Shown here piece after piece: positions 1 to 11,261 of a stretch of 64,000 nt of DNA. Numbering within the stretch: position 1 is the first letter of the stretch; each line of letters opens with the position of its first letter. Location of the stretch: NCBI GenBank assembly GCA_963717465.1, contig OY970340.1:2432001-2496000 (forward strand). The letters are read 5' to 3'. The notes under the pieces are model-generated. The model searched no databases. It saw only the letters and a program-made list of their open reading frames with translations, and was not told where the DNA came from. The translations under genes were made by a program, and so were the position numbers. The DNA is from Candidatus Bathyarchaeota archaeon (lineage in GTDB: Archaea > Thermoproteota > Bathyarchaeia > Bathyarchaeales > Bathycorpusculaceae).

Positions 1-666
1 ATCAGACAAACGTTTAAGCGCTTTTCTCTTATCGTTAATTAGCTTTATTGATTCTTTCAGTTTTACAGGTGTTATTTTGTTTCCTGTTGTCTTTTCCAAC
101 ACTGATTTAAATTCTTCCAGTTCCTTTTGCCACAAGTTTCTAGCTTGGGCTGTATCGGGTTTATGTGGAATTTCCATAACATGCGTTGGTACATGCTCAT
201 TAAGAAGTTCATAAACTTTCTTTTTGCCGTCGCACGTTGTTTCGCCGACTACGATATCGCATGATTGGAAATACGGGCATGTGCGGCCAATTTTGAACCC
301 ATAGAACGATTTTATTAGCGGGCACATGTTTCGGGGCAAAACTGTTTCGGCATCAGGAACAGAGAACTGAGCGCCTCCGCATAAGCCTACCATAGTAGCG
401 TTTGCTGCGTATGCAAGTTCTTCAGGGGCATAAAGGCAAAACGCGCCTATCACCTTGTTTCCTGCTTTGCGAAGTTTTGCTAATTCTTCAACTCTTAAAC
501 CGTGAATTTCTGAGAGAACAAAATCAAAGTAATCCATTTTTTTAGGTCTATTTTTCTGGGTTAAAACGACGTTTGATACTAGTCCAGGTAATGCTCCCAT
601 GAGCAAACCGTGTTTCTCAAGGTCCATTCCAAGACTTTTCCAAAGTTCAACATACTTCTCTGTCAT
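1..666 (-). CDS. Double-cubane-cluster anaerobic reductase / 2-hydroxyacyl-CoA dehydratase (HgdB-like); 3' end outside window
   Basis: Hand translation from ATG at 666: MTEKYVELWKSLGMDLEKH...YFDFVLSEIHGLRV...GAFCLYAPEEL...LCGG...LPRNMCPLIKS...CPYF...GETTCDGKKK. Open to the window edge; absent from the ORF track. Confidence 0.85.
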   Translation of the reverse strand, partial: MTEKYVELWKSLGMDLEKHGLLMGALPGLVSNVVLTQKNRPKKMDYFDFVLSEIHGLRVEELAKLRKAGNKVIGAFCLYAPEELAYAANATMVGLCGGAQFSVPDAETVLPRNMCPLIKSFYGFKIGRTCPYFQSCDIVVGETTCDGKKKVYELLNEHVPTHVMEIPHKPDTAQARNLWQKELEEFKSVLEKTTGNKITPVKLKESIKLINDKRKALKRLSD

Positions 667-743
667 CCAAAGCACCTTCAAATGTATGCAGAGTGTAATA
701 ATAAATTCGCTTATTAATCTTTTTGATTTTAAAAATTAAAAAA

Positions 744-1052
744 TTAAATAGCTAATTGACTGATAAAATCAGTCCGAAGAAATCTATTTCTTAAAAGTAA
801 GCAGCAATTTTTTATTTTAATGGCTTTCTTTATTTTTATGATGAAATCCACTTTTGACTGTGAGGCTTCCACAATTTCATAGCCTTGGTTTTTAGCCCAT
901 TTTTGAATGTTCGCAAATGCTGGAGCGCAATCTCCTACGACTTCCAAGATTTGCCCAGGCTTCATGCTGTCCAGTTTGCGTTTGGTAAGCGCAACTGGCA
1001 TAGGACAAATTTCTCCTTTAGTGTCAAGCTTTTGATTTTCCACATTACTCAC
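744..1052 (-). CDS. TusA/SirA-family sulfurtransferase
   Basis: LDTKGEICPMP motif. The C-terminal tail is longer than typical, so the true stop may be earlier. Confidence 0.85.
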   Translation of the reverse strand: MSNVENQKLDTKGEICPMPVALTKRKLDSMKPGQILEVVGDCAPAFANIQKWAKNQGYEIVEASQSKVDFIIKIKKAIKIKNCCLLLRNRFLRTDFISQLAI

Positions 1053-1417
1053 TAAAACACTATTGTTTTATCACTGATAGCTGTCCAGTCAACAAGTTCA
1101 TTCATAGTTGCTATCTTTACGCCTGCAATTAAATCGTTCTCGGTTAAGCCTCGAGATTGAACGCAAACAACGCAGATTTTCACTTCAAGACCGTCTTTAA
1201 TTAAATCAGCTAGGTATTCGACGATGTTCGCTCCTGAAGCGGCAGACGGTTTTTGGTCTTTCTTTGCAACGTACACGCCATTTTCGATTAAGAAGAGATT
1301 TACTTTATGTCCCTCAAACATGCAGGTTCTGACAAACCTAAGTCCTGAAAATGCCCGCTCCATACCATAAGGGGCTTCGTTTATTATGACTGTGAAAGAT
1401 ACCATAAACTGAGCCAT
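1052..1417 (-). CDS. DsrE/DsrF-family sulfur-relay protein
   Basis: APYGMER, VNLFLIENGV and ICVVCVQSRG motifs; abuts the TusA gene. Confidence 0.85.
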   Translation of the reverse strand: MAQFMVSFTVIINEAPYGMERAFSGLRFVRTCMFEGHKVNLFLIENGVYVAKKDQKPSAASGANIVEYLADLIKDGLEVKICVVCVQSRGLTENDLIAGVKIATMNELVDWTAISDKTIVF

Positions 1418-1586
1418 CCAATTTTTTTATCAGAACTATTAATTTTGCTAATTATAAACATTTTCCAAATTAATCACTTATAGTCGTGTTAACCTTGCAT
1501 AGAAGTGTAAGGAGATTAAGGTCATAAAATCACTAATTCTTCAAAAAATATGGCCAAGTACGATGAAAAAATTGACTGAAGGAATT

Positions 1587-1603
1587 CCCTGATTGATTCA
1601 GGG
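1587..1603. promoter_or_regulatory. Inverted repeat CCCTGA-N5-TCAGGG, candidate operator
   Basis: Perfect 6-bp arms in the divergent dsrE/lysR intergenic region, just upstream of a TATA-like tract. Confidence 0.35.
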
Positions 1604-1666
1604 CAAATAGTATTATATATAACAATTTATGAATGGTTAATTATCTAGCTTTGGAAGCCAAAATGA

Positions 1667-2576
1667 ATGAGATTTGATTATCTTAAAACTTTCTTGACAG
1701 TTGCCAAAACACGCAGTTTTTCAATAGCAGCCAAGGAGTTAAGAACAACCCAGGGCACAGTAAGCCACCAGATCGCTGCTCTGGAAGAATATTTTGACGC
1801 TATCCTCTTTAAGCGTACAATTAAAGGTGTCGAATTGACTGATGCTGGAAAAATGCTTCAAGAAAGTGCAGAACAAATACTTGGAGAGGTTGAAAGTACT
1901 AAAGCTAAAATAAGCTCAACAAAAGACAAGTCTGCAGGCATAATTAAAATTTCAGCAAGCACTATTCCAGGTGAGCACGTGATTCCTGGGCTTATTGCAA
2001 ACTTTCAATTAAGCTATCCGTATGTAAAATTTAAGATTAAAGCAGAAGACAGCATGAAAAGTCTTGAAAGCTTACAGGCCAACGAAGTGGATTTTGCCTT
2101 TGTGGGCACGTCTAAAGGTTTTAACAGATAAATATGAAGCAATCGAAGTTGAAGAAGACAAACTGGTTCTGATTGTTCCAAGCAACCACGAGTTATCAAA
2201 ACGAAAATCAATCAAGTTAAATGAAATCCTAAAGTACTCATACATTAACCGTGAAGAATCATCAGGCACAAGACAAGAAGTGGAAAAAATGCTGAATGAC
2301 TCAAAAATTCCACTTTCCAGTCTCAACACAAAATTAGAATTGGGAAGCACAGAAGCAGTGATAACTGCCGTTTCAGAAGCAAACGGAGTAAGCATAATCT
2401 CCTCCATAGCCGCCCAAAAAGCCCAAGCAGCAGGCCTAGTCAAAATCGTAAACTTCCAAGACATCAATGCTACTCGTAAACTTTACATGATAAAACCAAA
2501 AAGACCACTTTCACAAGCAGCAGAAGCTTTCTGGGAATTTTGCAAAAAACGTGGACTTAAAAAAACCACTTCTTAA
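1667..2576 (+). CDS. LysR-family regulator (CysL/selenium-associated type), one frameshift near 2120
   Basis: LysR HTH (SFSIAAKEL..TQGTVSHQIAALE), ASTIPGEH, REESSGTR, ELGSTEAVITAV. Two ORFs join across a T homopolymer. Confidence 0.85.
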
Positions 2577-2651
2577 TGAAATAAGAATAAACTTTACTTT
2601 TTCAAAAAAAATACGTACTTTATTGTGAAAAAAGAAGTGTTGTTTAGATTT

Positions 2652-2828
2652 TTAAGTTTTCTTTGCTTTGGATGGCTTGCTGGGTTTGGTTTGGGCTTTT
2701 TCAGGTTCTACAGGTTTCATTGGTTCGCCGCAACATACTAACTCGCAAGTTTCACAGCCACATGGGTCCTCAACCATTACTACGAGGCCGCAATCTTCAC
2801 ATTCGTATTTTTCGCCTTTAGTTTTCAA
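2652..2828 (-). CDS. Small Cys-rich protein, desulfoferrodoxin FeS4-like
   Basis: Hand translation from TTG: MKTKGEKYECEDCGLVVMVEDPCGCETCELVCCGEPMKP... (58 aa), with a GAAGGTGA RBS upstream. Confidence 0.7.
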   Translation of the reverse strand: MKTKGEKYECEDCGLVVMVEDPCGCETCELVCCGEPMKPVEPEKAQTKPSKPSKAKKT

Positions 2829-3137
2829 AAAATCACCTTCCTAAAAATTTGTTCTTAGAAGCCGCAAGATAACAATACACATTCTAAAAATATAAGAATT
2901 TCTAAAAAAAGTATTTTTTAGTTATCCATTTTTGAAAGCAAAAATCCGTGCAGAATATTGTTGAGATATTGCGGTCTGGGTATTCAGCGAATGAAATCAT
3001 TGATTACGTGCAGTTTATATTTTTTCGATGACCAAATGTGATTGTGCCGTCCATGTAGCATTGCTTTTTATAGCTGATTCCTCTTTTTTAAATCAGTGCT
3101 TGTTTTTGACAAGTAAATCGTTAATTCGGAGATTTGT

Positions 3138-3685
3138 ATGAGTAAAACCAACGTCTCAAGTGGCTATAGGGCATTAGAAATAATCATTGGCATCATTGCA
3201 ATCATAGTGGCGTTCTTAGTGTTGTTTTACCCTGGAATTGCCGTTGTAACAGCAGTCTTTTTTTTCGGTTTAGCACTGATGGTCATAGGCATTCTTAGGG
3301 TTGGAACAGCTGCTTTTTCAGCGCTTCCAAAATCAGGAAGATACGCTAACGCGGCAATAGGCATAATAGCGATTATCATTGCAGGCTTAATTTTGTTTTA
3401 TCCAGGGATTTCCACTGGTGTTCTGATTTTTTTGCTTGCGATTGGATTGCTGATTTACGGCATAGGAAGAATGGCAATCGGAGGATCAACAAGACAATTA
3501 GGCGGTGGACTTAGGGCCTTGCTCGTAGCGTTGGGCATTCTAATGATTATCTTTGCAATCATTGTCATAATTTTCCCCGCTGTTGGTCTCATCACTTTGG
3601 CAATACTCATATCCATAGCGTTTCTGTTTTTAGGCATTGACAGCTTGGCAAGTCAGGAATAGTCGGTGTACCATTAACATCATAA
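3138..3685 (+). CDS. HdeD/DUF308-family membrane protein
   Basis: Three repeated hydrophobic hairpins (LFYPG / IIFPA). The ORF track ends at 3662; a shifted frame continues to 3685. Confidence 0.75.
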
Positions 3686-3770
3686 TGCCCTGTAGCAAAC
3701 ATTAAAAACCCAAATTTTTTTCCTACATAAAATTTTAGGTTGTATCTTTTTTCTTGCTTACCTAATAATT

Positions 3771-4794
3771 TTAAATAGAATGAGGGATTTGAAAAAAATT
3801 CTTCTTTAATGCTGTAAATATAGTTTCTTTGGATGCTTCAGATGCTTCTTTAAAGCAGCTTATCATGCAGAATTTATTATCGCACTGCGAGGAATCAACA
3901 GCATCAAGATTCAAGTCTTGCCGTTCCATTAAATTGAATAACTTTTCTTTTTTGTAGCATGGAAAAACGTTTAGGTTGCAGTCAAGCGTTATTATTGATT
4001 TACCCGCTCTGCAAGGGTATTTTCTGGGTAAACCGTCAAAGGATCTAAGGATTTCTCTTAGATAGCATGAGGTGGTTGCTACTTTCGAACCGTTTAGTTT
4101 CATCTGTAAAACTTTTGCCACCATATCTCTTATGTGACGAAGTTGGTATTGTGAATTCCGCAGTTTTCCTCCAACTACGAATGTGCCTTCATTAGAGGAT
4201 ATATAAGGGTATGATAATGCAAAAGGAATACCTAAATCGTCATTAACGTAATTGAAGAACTTTCTCCACATCACTGATAGCCCATTGTGGATTAAGAAAA
4301 GTTACGGCGTAGACTTTCATGTTATAAGATTTTGCTGCCTTGATTGTTTGTTGCGCTTTTGTTGATATTCCTGGAACATGCTTTGCTTCATCCCAAACGT
4401 TTTTGTTGTAATTATCCACGGAGACTGAAAGAACATCTAAGCTTTTGCTCATTTCCTTTAGGTTATCTTCAGGAATCGTGCCATTAGTTGTTATGGAAGT
4501 TACTAGCCCTTTCTTCTTAGCGTAGTTAACTGCTTCAACTAAATGTGGATACAGTCCAGTTTCTCCACCCGTGAAATAGGCCACTGAGAAAGAGTTTTCC
4601 GCTAAAACGTCAATGGCAAACAATAAGTCTTGAAGAGGTATATCAAATGGTTTGGAAGCCCAAATATTGCATCTATCTACGCACTTGGCGTTGCATCGTG
4701 TCGTTACGTGCAGTATAGCAAACTTTGTTTCTCAATGATTTTTGACAAAATTGGACAATAAAGTCTTTATCATACCAATTTTCAGATTCTGCAA
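3771..4794 (-). CDS. Radical SAM protein with SPASM/twitch-like C-terminus, interrupted
   Basis: RCNAKCVDRC upstream of the 4243-4623 ORF; FTGGE, TTNG, CRAG..PC motifs. Split across frames. Confidence 0.7.
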
Positions 4795-4924
4795 CCACCA
4801 AAAATAAGATTAAGAAATCGTCTAAATCCGATGAGAAGCAATTTTTCTTTGGAAAAAGCTCGTTATTTATTTATGTAAAATCGCTAATTTAATGATTTGT
4901 TGCAACAACTTGAAGCCTATTTTA

Positions 4925-5631
4925 TCAATATTTTAGTGACTTTTTAAAAGTGGCTAAGGGCTGAAGAATTATGTTTAGTGACTTGCCCATAGTCATGTAT
5001 GATCCAACAGAAAGAATACGCCAACAGCTGCGATGGTGAATCCAAGAAGTCAACTGGTATTTTCCAGCGCTTTTCCCAAGTTGAACTCCATACCAGAATA
5101 GCCAAGCAATGCCGGCTAAATTTGAAATAAACCATGCAAGAGTTTTGTCTTTTAAAACCAAAAAAGGCAGAGCCATTAGAAAACCAACTGCCAGGTAGAG
5201 GGCTATTATTGACAGCCATCCTGAGACTTCATCTTTGGTAATTATTCTGTTATCGCTCGATGGAGGCTTGTGAAACATGTGTGATTATCTGTTGGGCAAC
5301 AGCCTTTTTTCCTTCCTCGTCAAAGGAAGATAAAAATGTGTCGTCTAAGCTTTTCTCGACTTCATTTAAAATGTGCTCTTGTTTAGATAAGGATTTTAGA
5401 AGTCTAAGTTTTTTTCTTGTGTTGTTTCTTTCGATGGAGCTTGGAAATTGCATATATTATTCCATCGATGAAACCCCATCCAGCGCAGGCGCCAAGATTT
5501 ACGACTACAATGTATAGAAAGCCTGTGTTAAGGTTGGATAATGCAACGTAACCGTTGATGATTATGACCATAAGTACAGCGAAGGCTACCTCGCCAGTTA
5601 GGTCACTAAAAGAAAGAGAACTGCGAGCCAA
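4925..5631 (-). CDS. Membrane protein, possibly VIT1/CCC1-like, frameshifted into three ORFs
   Basis: Overlapping ORFs 5404-5631, 5250-5453 and 4925-5278; LGACAGWGFIDG segment and hydrophobic helices. Confidence 0.5.
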
Positions 5632-5871
5632 TTTGACACGCCTATTAATATTGGTTCGTTCCTCGCTATTAATGGTTTCTTAATGGGCTGAACTGGAAAA
5701 GTTGGCTGATTTAAAGAATAAGGGAATTCTAACAGAACAGGAATTTGAGGCAAAGAAAACAAATTATGAAAGTCTAAGTCTGTTTTTCTGGCTCAGACAA
5801 TTGCTGCATATAATTTTTTAATTTTTTGTTTAAAGAATAGTTGGGGGTAAACTTGTTTTTGATTTTGTTTT

Positions 5872-6189
5872 TTAGATGGCTATTTTGATGCGTTTGTAGC
5901 TTCTAGGTATGCATTCTTTAATGTCGGCGCTTGAAGCTATTTCGAGTAAAGTTTTGCTTATTGTGATTATGTCTCCGATGGATGATATGAGTTCAACGGG
6001 CATGCAGACAGTGTAGCTTCCGATTGTTTTTTTGAATCCTAAAGCAACTGCTGCTTTGGTAACTAGCTTCAACTGTAGGTGGGTTATTTGCCATTTTTTA
6101 ATGTCGAACATTATGTCCGTGATTTTTCCAATTTCGTCTCCTTTGAAGCTAACAACTTTTTTTCCAACAAGTTCAGCAACGTTAACCAA
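5872..6189 (-). CDS. PRC-barrel domain protein
   Basis: ELVGKKVV..KGDEIGKITDIMFD...ISSIGDIITI. Confidence 0.85.
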   Translation of the reverse strand: MVNVAELVGKKVVSFKGDEIGKITDIMFDIKKWQITHLQLKLVTKAAVALGFKKTIGSYTVCMPVELISSIGDIITISKTLLEIASSADIKECIPRSYKRIKIAI

Positions 6190-6528
6190 AAAGTTTCACC
6201 AACAAAAAACTTCACTATTATTAGATTCTCAATCCAACGTTATATTGCTTTCGATTCGACAAAATCTCTAAAGTTTGTTTGCTTTTCATGCATGTTAACG
6301 CTTTCAAACAATGATTTCCAATACAAACAGCGGCGTCTTTTTAAGTGAACAGCAATGGAATTTGCCATTCAGGCAAATTTTCCGCCCAGGATTTACGTGG
6401 AATGTTACTAATAATTGTAGTCACAAACTCTTAAGAGGTTTAAAAATTATCAAAAAATGTGAGGTTTAAAATTTTCTTTTGAACCTCGATTCAGAAGAGC
6501 GCTTGCAGCTTAAAGATTAATTCAGGAG

Positions 6529-6855
6529 GTGAATTGGATGTCAAGAACTTTGTCTTATGCCGGATTCATTTTGGCACTAATTGGAAGTATAATACTTATT
6601 ATCGTCGGCATTGCAGGCTTGTTTGGAATATTCTTCTTGATTTTTTATCCCGTGTATGCGTTGGCGTCAGTCTTTTACGGACTTGCAATGCTTATAATAG
6701 GAATATTATGCGCTGTTTCTTCAAGGTTTGTGCATCGTATCGGTCCAGCTATTTGGCTCATCATATTAGCTATAATTGCGATTTTGCTTGGAAGCGTGTT
6801 CGCAGCCTGGCTGATATTGATAGGCGCAATATTAGGACTTATATCGCGACTTTAA
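6529..6855 (+). CDS. Small membrane protein
   Basis: AGGAGG RBS; four hydrophobic segments. Confidence 0.7.
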   Translation: MNWMSRTLSYAGFILALIGSIILIIVGIAGLFGIFFLIFYPVYALASVFYGLAMLIIGILCAVSSRFVHRIGPAIWLIILAIIAILLGSVFAAWLILIGAILGLISRL

Positions 6856-7007
6856 ACAAAACGTGGAATTTTCTTTTCATTTTTTACGCAGTCATTTTTT
6901 TTATTTTGAGCTGATGCGTTTGTGCCGCGCGTTTCCTTTAAGAGGTAGATAGAATATTTATGTGGGTGAATTGTTATTTACTTGTAAGTAGGAATCAGCT
7001 CAGGTGA

Positions 7008-7682
7008 TTGGTTGTGGAAGAGAGAAATTACGAGTGGTTTAAAAAGCGTCATAGAAGTAAGGGTTTAGAATTAGCGCATATGCAAATCAGTAAAGCCTTT
7101 GATACAGTAGCTTGGCTGAATAAGGCTGCTAAGAGTTTTTCAGAAAATGATTTTGATAAGACGTTGGAGTATGTTAGGAAGCTTTACACTTCTGAAGAAG
7201 AAGTTGACAAACTTCGGATTCAAGTGTTCAAGGAGTTGTCTACAGGCGCTGCGTTAATGGCTGATTACCGGGAAGACCTTCTGCACGTTGTAAAAAGGCT
7301 TGACACGTTAGCGGATCATACTAAGGATGCGGCTAGATGCCTTGAAATGTTAGGCAAAGCTGTGATTCCTAAGGAGCTTAGCGAAAAAGTTGTTTTCATG
7401 ACATCTAAACTGATGGAAACCGCTCAGGCCCTAAGCAACGGTATTGAAAAAATTTCATCTAATCCAGAAGGCGCCGTAACTGAGGCGAAAAAGGTAAGTG
7501 ATTTTGAACATGATCTTGACATTGAATACCTTAAGACCAAGAGCCTGTTTGTAAAGTACGGTGAACAAGTGAACTGCGGTGCCATGGTAATCTTCGATGA
7601 CTTAATAGAATTCATTGAGCAGGCAGCAGACATGTGTGCAGACACAGCAGACTACATATCAATACTGGCAAGCGGCGAGTAA
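7008..7682 (+). CDS. DUF47 / PhoU-like phosphate transport regulator
   Basis: EEEVDKLR, REDLLHVVKRLDTLAD, EHDLD, IEQAADMCAD motifs. Confidence 0.85.
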   Translation: MVVEERNYEWFKKRHRSKGLELAHMQISKAFDTVAWLNKAAKSFSENDFDKTLEYVRKLYTSEEEVDKLRIQVFKELSTGAALMADYREDLLHVVKRLDTLADHTKDAARCLEMLGKAVIPKELSEKVVFMTSKLMETAQALSNGIEKISSNPEGAVTEAKKVSDFEHDLDIEYLKTKSLFVKYGEQVNCGAMVIFDDLIEFIEQAADMCADTADYISILASGE

Positions 7683-7933
7683 CAAAGTTAATTTTTTATC
7701 CTTTGCTCATACAAGGCTAAACAAATTATTGGGCTTTTAAACGATTCAAAATCAAGAATAATCGCACCTTTGATTTAGTCATATTACCTTATGTTCCGTT
7801 GCAGATGTCTTATCTGTCGTTCATTCGGCCTTTTCTATCGTTCAGCATTTTACATTACTATTTGGGATGTTAAAAGTTTTTATTACTGCTTGCTCTGTTT
7901 CATTATGCTCCCTTAAAAAACATGTATCTCGAC

Positions 7934-8012
7934 GGGGCCGTCGTCTAGCTTGGATTAGGATACACGCCTGGGGCGCGTGCGATCCTGGGTTCGAATCCCA
8001 GCGGCCCCACCA
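7934..8012 (+). tRNA. tRNA-Pro(GGG), CCA encoded
   Basis: GGGGCCG acceptor stem, CACGC-CTGGGGC-GCGTG anticodon arm, GGTTCGAATCC T-arm, CGGCCCCACCA end. Confidence 0.97.
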
Positions 8013-8205
8013 CATTTCTCTAGGATAAAATCAGTTTTAATGCGTCAAAAAAGTTATCTCTAAAACAGGTATAATCCCACAACTACTCGCCGAGTTTTCA
8101 AAGACAAAATATCCGACATCAGACATAATTGCATTAAAGGAAAATTAATCTCATATTGCAGTAGGTGCTCTAAATGAGCAGCAGCATATTGCTGAGTTTG
8201 AAACA

Positions 8206-8676
8206 ATGGCAACCGCCAATCGTGTATCATTGATTGTTCCTAAGACTGAAAACTTGAATGTTGATAGTATTGGAGCTGGCGCAGGAGTTCATAGTCGACT
8301 ATTTGAACTTGGGCATAAAGCAAATTCAATCCTGGTCAGCATGGCCCCAACTAATGAGATGGATCGTTATCTTAATCAGAAATCGCAACGTTGGTGGCAT
8401 ATAAGAACTCTCTTTGAGCAAGATTTAATCAGCATCCCAAACAACCCAAAATTAATCAGTCAATTATCCCAAATGCGATACGAGTTTACAACAACAGGCA
8501 AAATTAAAATTGTAGACCCTGAAGGCAAAAGCCCCGACTACGCGGACAGTTTAATGTTAACTCTGATTGGTATGGTTAGGCCGTCTCAAGGCTCAGGCGT
8601 AGTATTTAGCATTTCCAAAGATGCATTAACAAATAGAAAAAAAGTTTTGGATATCCATGAAAATGAGAAAGATTAG
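8206..8676 (+). pseudogene. Viral terminase large-subunit C-terminal (nuclease) fragment
   Basis: VDSIGAGAGVHSRL and KSPDYADSLML motifs; ATPase domain absent; lies directly after the tRNA. Confidence 0.75.
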
Positions 8677-8952
8677 TAGCGCTGTTGACGAGAAAAAATG
8701 TAGAGGTTGTAGTAAAAGCTTTCAAGCAAGAACAAAACTGGTTACTGCAAGAAGTGTTTTGGCCGCTTTGTATCAGTCCTGCAGGAATAGCTGCTAAAAC
8801 AAGATATCTGGATAAAACGTCAGACTATAGACATCAAACTTTAGATTTTAAATTTGATTGCATTTTACTTTGATATGCAATTTACTAAATGATTGGCAAT
8901 TAGCAATTTCTTATAGCAAAAATTATAACTGATTCTACAGAAATAGGAATAT

Positions 8953-9510
8953 ATGTCTGCCTCTGATAAAGACAAACGTATTCTTGAATTGGCTAAGAGT
9001 GCATACGATTTTCAAAACGACTTAAGAGAACGCCTAGATTGTAAATTAAACAATTTCGTAGGAATAACTGGAACGGTTTCGACAATTAGCGTCGGCGTTG
9101 CGTTATTTGTCTTCCAAACAATCAAACAGATTAATCCCTTTTATCCTTACTTGGTGACTGCTTTTATCATATTTTTTGGATTTCTCATCTCTGCTATGAT
9201 TATTGGATTAAGAGCCTACAGACCATCAGATTTGTTTATATATCCTGAAGATCCTGAACAAAGTATCATCGACTATTCACAATGTTTGACTGAAACTGAT
9301 GTTATCAGAGTTGTTGCAACTTCTTTCGCAGAGGCAGCTAACGAGAATAAAAAAATGAACAAGACTAAATCTAGCATATGCCAATGGGTGTTTCGTCTCT
9401 TAGTAATTGGAGCAATTGTGTTTGTGGTCTTCGCTATACTAATGGTTGCAAGCTTAGGCAATACGACTACTATAATTCAAACATATGTCACAAATCAAAC
9501 TGGAATATAA
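8953..9510 (+). CDS. Hypothetical membrane protein (about 3 TM)
   Basis: 185-aa ORF with hydrophobic helices. Confidence 0.65.
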   Translation: MSASDKDKRILELAKSAYDFQNDLRERLDCKLNNFVGITGTVSTISVGVALFVFQTIKQINPFYPYLVTAFIIFFGFLISAMIIGLRAYRPSDLFIYPEDPEQSIIDYSQCLTETDVIRVVATSFAEAANENKKMNKTKSSICQWVFRLLVIGAIVFVVFAILMVASLGNTTTIIQTYVTNQTGI

Positions 9511-9937
9511 AAGGCAATCATTCGAAGAATTTGGGTATAAAACTAACACAAATCAAATAAGCATGATTGAACTATAAGAAATATAACAAAGCAAGAAAAA
9601 GGAGTAAAGAAAGTTGAGTAAATCCTGTAAAGATGCAGATACTAAGAGCCGAGCAGCAGCTCAAGCGGGTTGGAAAGCTGATAAAGCTCAAATAAAGAGA
9701 TTAAAAGAAACTAGTTCAGATTAATCCTATTTTTTAGTCCGAAAGTTTGTAAATGAATCTTTGGATTAAAGTTTAATTATCCGCAGCTGGGGGACTCGCC
9801 CGAAACCCGCTACTCCACCAAGTAATTTACAAGTGACCATTTAAAGAGTAATATTTTGGCCGGCTTGTAAGAGAATCGGGTCAATTTGGTCGCATGAAAA
9901 GAATGCTTTCACTTGAGGAGGTTAGAATGGCCCCGCC

Positions 9938-9948
9938 CGGCCCCACCA
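9938..9948 (+). repeat. tRNA-Pro 3' end copy 1 (CGGCCCCACCA)
   Basis: 11/11 match to the tRNA end, in an AT-rich intergenic region. Confidence 0.55.
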
Positions 9949-10476
9949 ACTCAAACAAGAAAAACTACATTTCTTTCTCTTTATCTCACTACTAAACAGA
10001 ATTAAGGTTCAAGGTTTTTCCAAATTTGTTATGGTTTCAGGGAATTTTCCGGATTTTTTGCCATAACAACAGACTATTTTTTCACATATAAGCGTTGAAC
10101 TGTTTGGCATAGAAAAGGCATAGATGAAAACGTATAGGCTTAACTTTAATTCTGGTTAGGTTTTGATAAGTAAATCAATGCCCGTTAGGCTTAAAAGCGC
10201 AGATAAACTTGCCACTCCGTTATGTATCTAGTAATCATAGCGATGAACTGTAGCATAATTCAAACCTCTGTTCAGCGAAAGAGCGTCATGGTTTAGCGTT
10301 GTTTCAGTTCTGTTTTGTGGTATCTCTAATGCTTAGTTGTTAGCTATAACCGGCTTCGATAAAATCGGATATGCAGCTCATTTTTAATAGTGAGGTTTTG
10401 ACAATATTTAATCAAAGAATTTTGGTATTTCAAATCTGAAATAAGCGTTATATATTATGTATTCAATCTCGAGATT

Positions 10477-11082
10477 ATGGATTTCAACGTTAAAAGAATT
10501 ACTGGTTTGCTTTTCATTGTCTCTGTCGTACAGTTTATTTTTGCGACAATCATTTGCGAATCGGTTTATTCTGGCTATAGCGTGGGACAGCAGGTTGTGA
10601 GTGACTTGGGTAACTGGAACTTAGCGGGCAATTACTCCGCTATCTTCAACATATCGATTATTTTGATGGGCATACTTATCATTGTTGGTGCTTATTTCAT
10701 ACAACGAATATTTAAGAGCGCTTTCACGCCAGTTTTCATGTCTCTTGGGGTATTACTAGGCGTGGGTTATATCGGGGTAGGCGTGTTCGCAGAGAATATT
10801 TCTCGATTGCACAACATTTTTGCTCTAATTATGTTTGTATTTGGAGCGATTTTCGCTATTATGTCTTATAAATTCGTAAAATCGCCTTTTTCCCACGTAT
10901 CTATTATCTTGGGTGTAACATCGCTTTTAGCATATTTTCTTTGGATGTTAGGATTACAAATGCCTGTTTTCCATTTGGGCTTAGGCATAGGCGGCATGGA
11001 ACGTTTAATACTCTACCCCATACTCCTATGGGTATTAAGCTTCGGCGCTTACTTAATCGGAGACCAAGGCAACATAAAGTAA
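10477..11082 (+). CDS. DUF998-family membrane protein
   Basis: YSVGQQVVSDLG, GVGVF.E..LH, GGMERLILYP motifs. Confidence 0.8.
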   Translation: MDFNVKRITGLLFIVSVVQFIFATIICESVYSGYSVGQQVVSDLGNWNLAGNYSAIFNISIILMGILIIVGAYFIQRIFKSAFTPVFMSLGVLLGVGYIGVGVFAENISRLHNIFALIMFVFGAIFAIMSYKFVKSPFSHVSIILGVTSLLAYFLWMLGLQMPVFHLGLGIGGMERLILYPILLWVLSFGAYLIGDQGNIK

Positions 11083-11261
11083 AAAAAACATAAAATAAAC
11101 CAGATAACGCCCGAATGTTGACGACTTAATTTTTTTAAGTGTTCAATATCAATTTTCCGTTCAGCGGATTTTACATAATAGTTTTGATTATTTGTAAGAA
11201 AAACGAATAATAAAATAAAATCGTAACGCCACAACGTTAAAAATATTTTTATTATAAGAAT

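Noticed and set aside
4732..4734. In-frame TGA near the start of the radical SAM gene as Sec
   Set aside because: It lies upstream of the Cys motif at no evident Cys position, between A-runs in a frameshift-rich patch.
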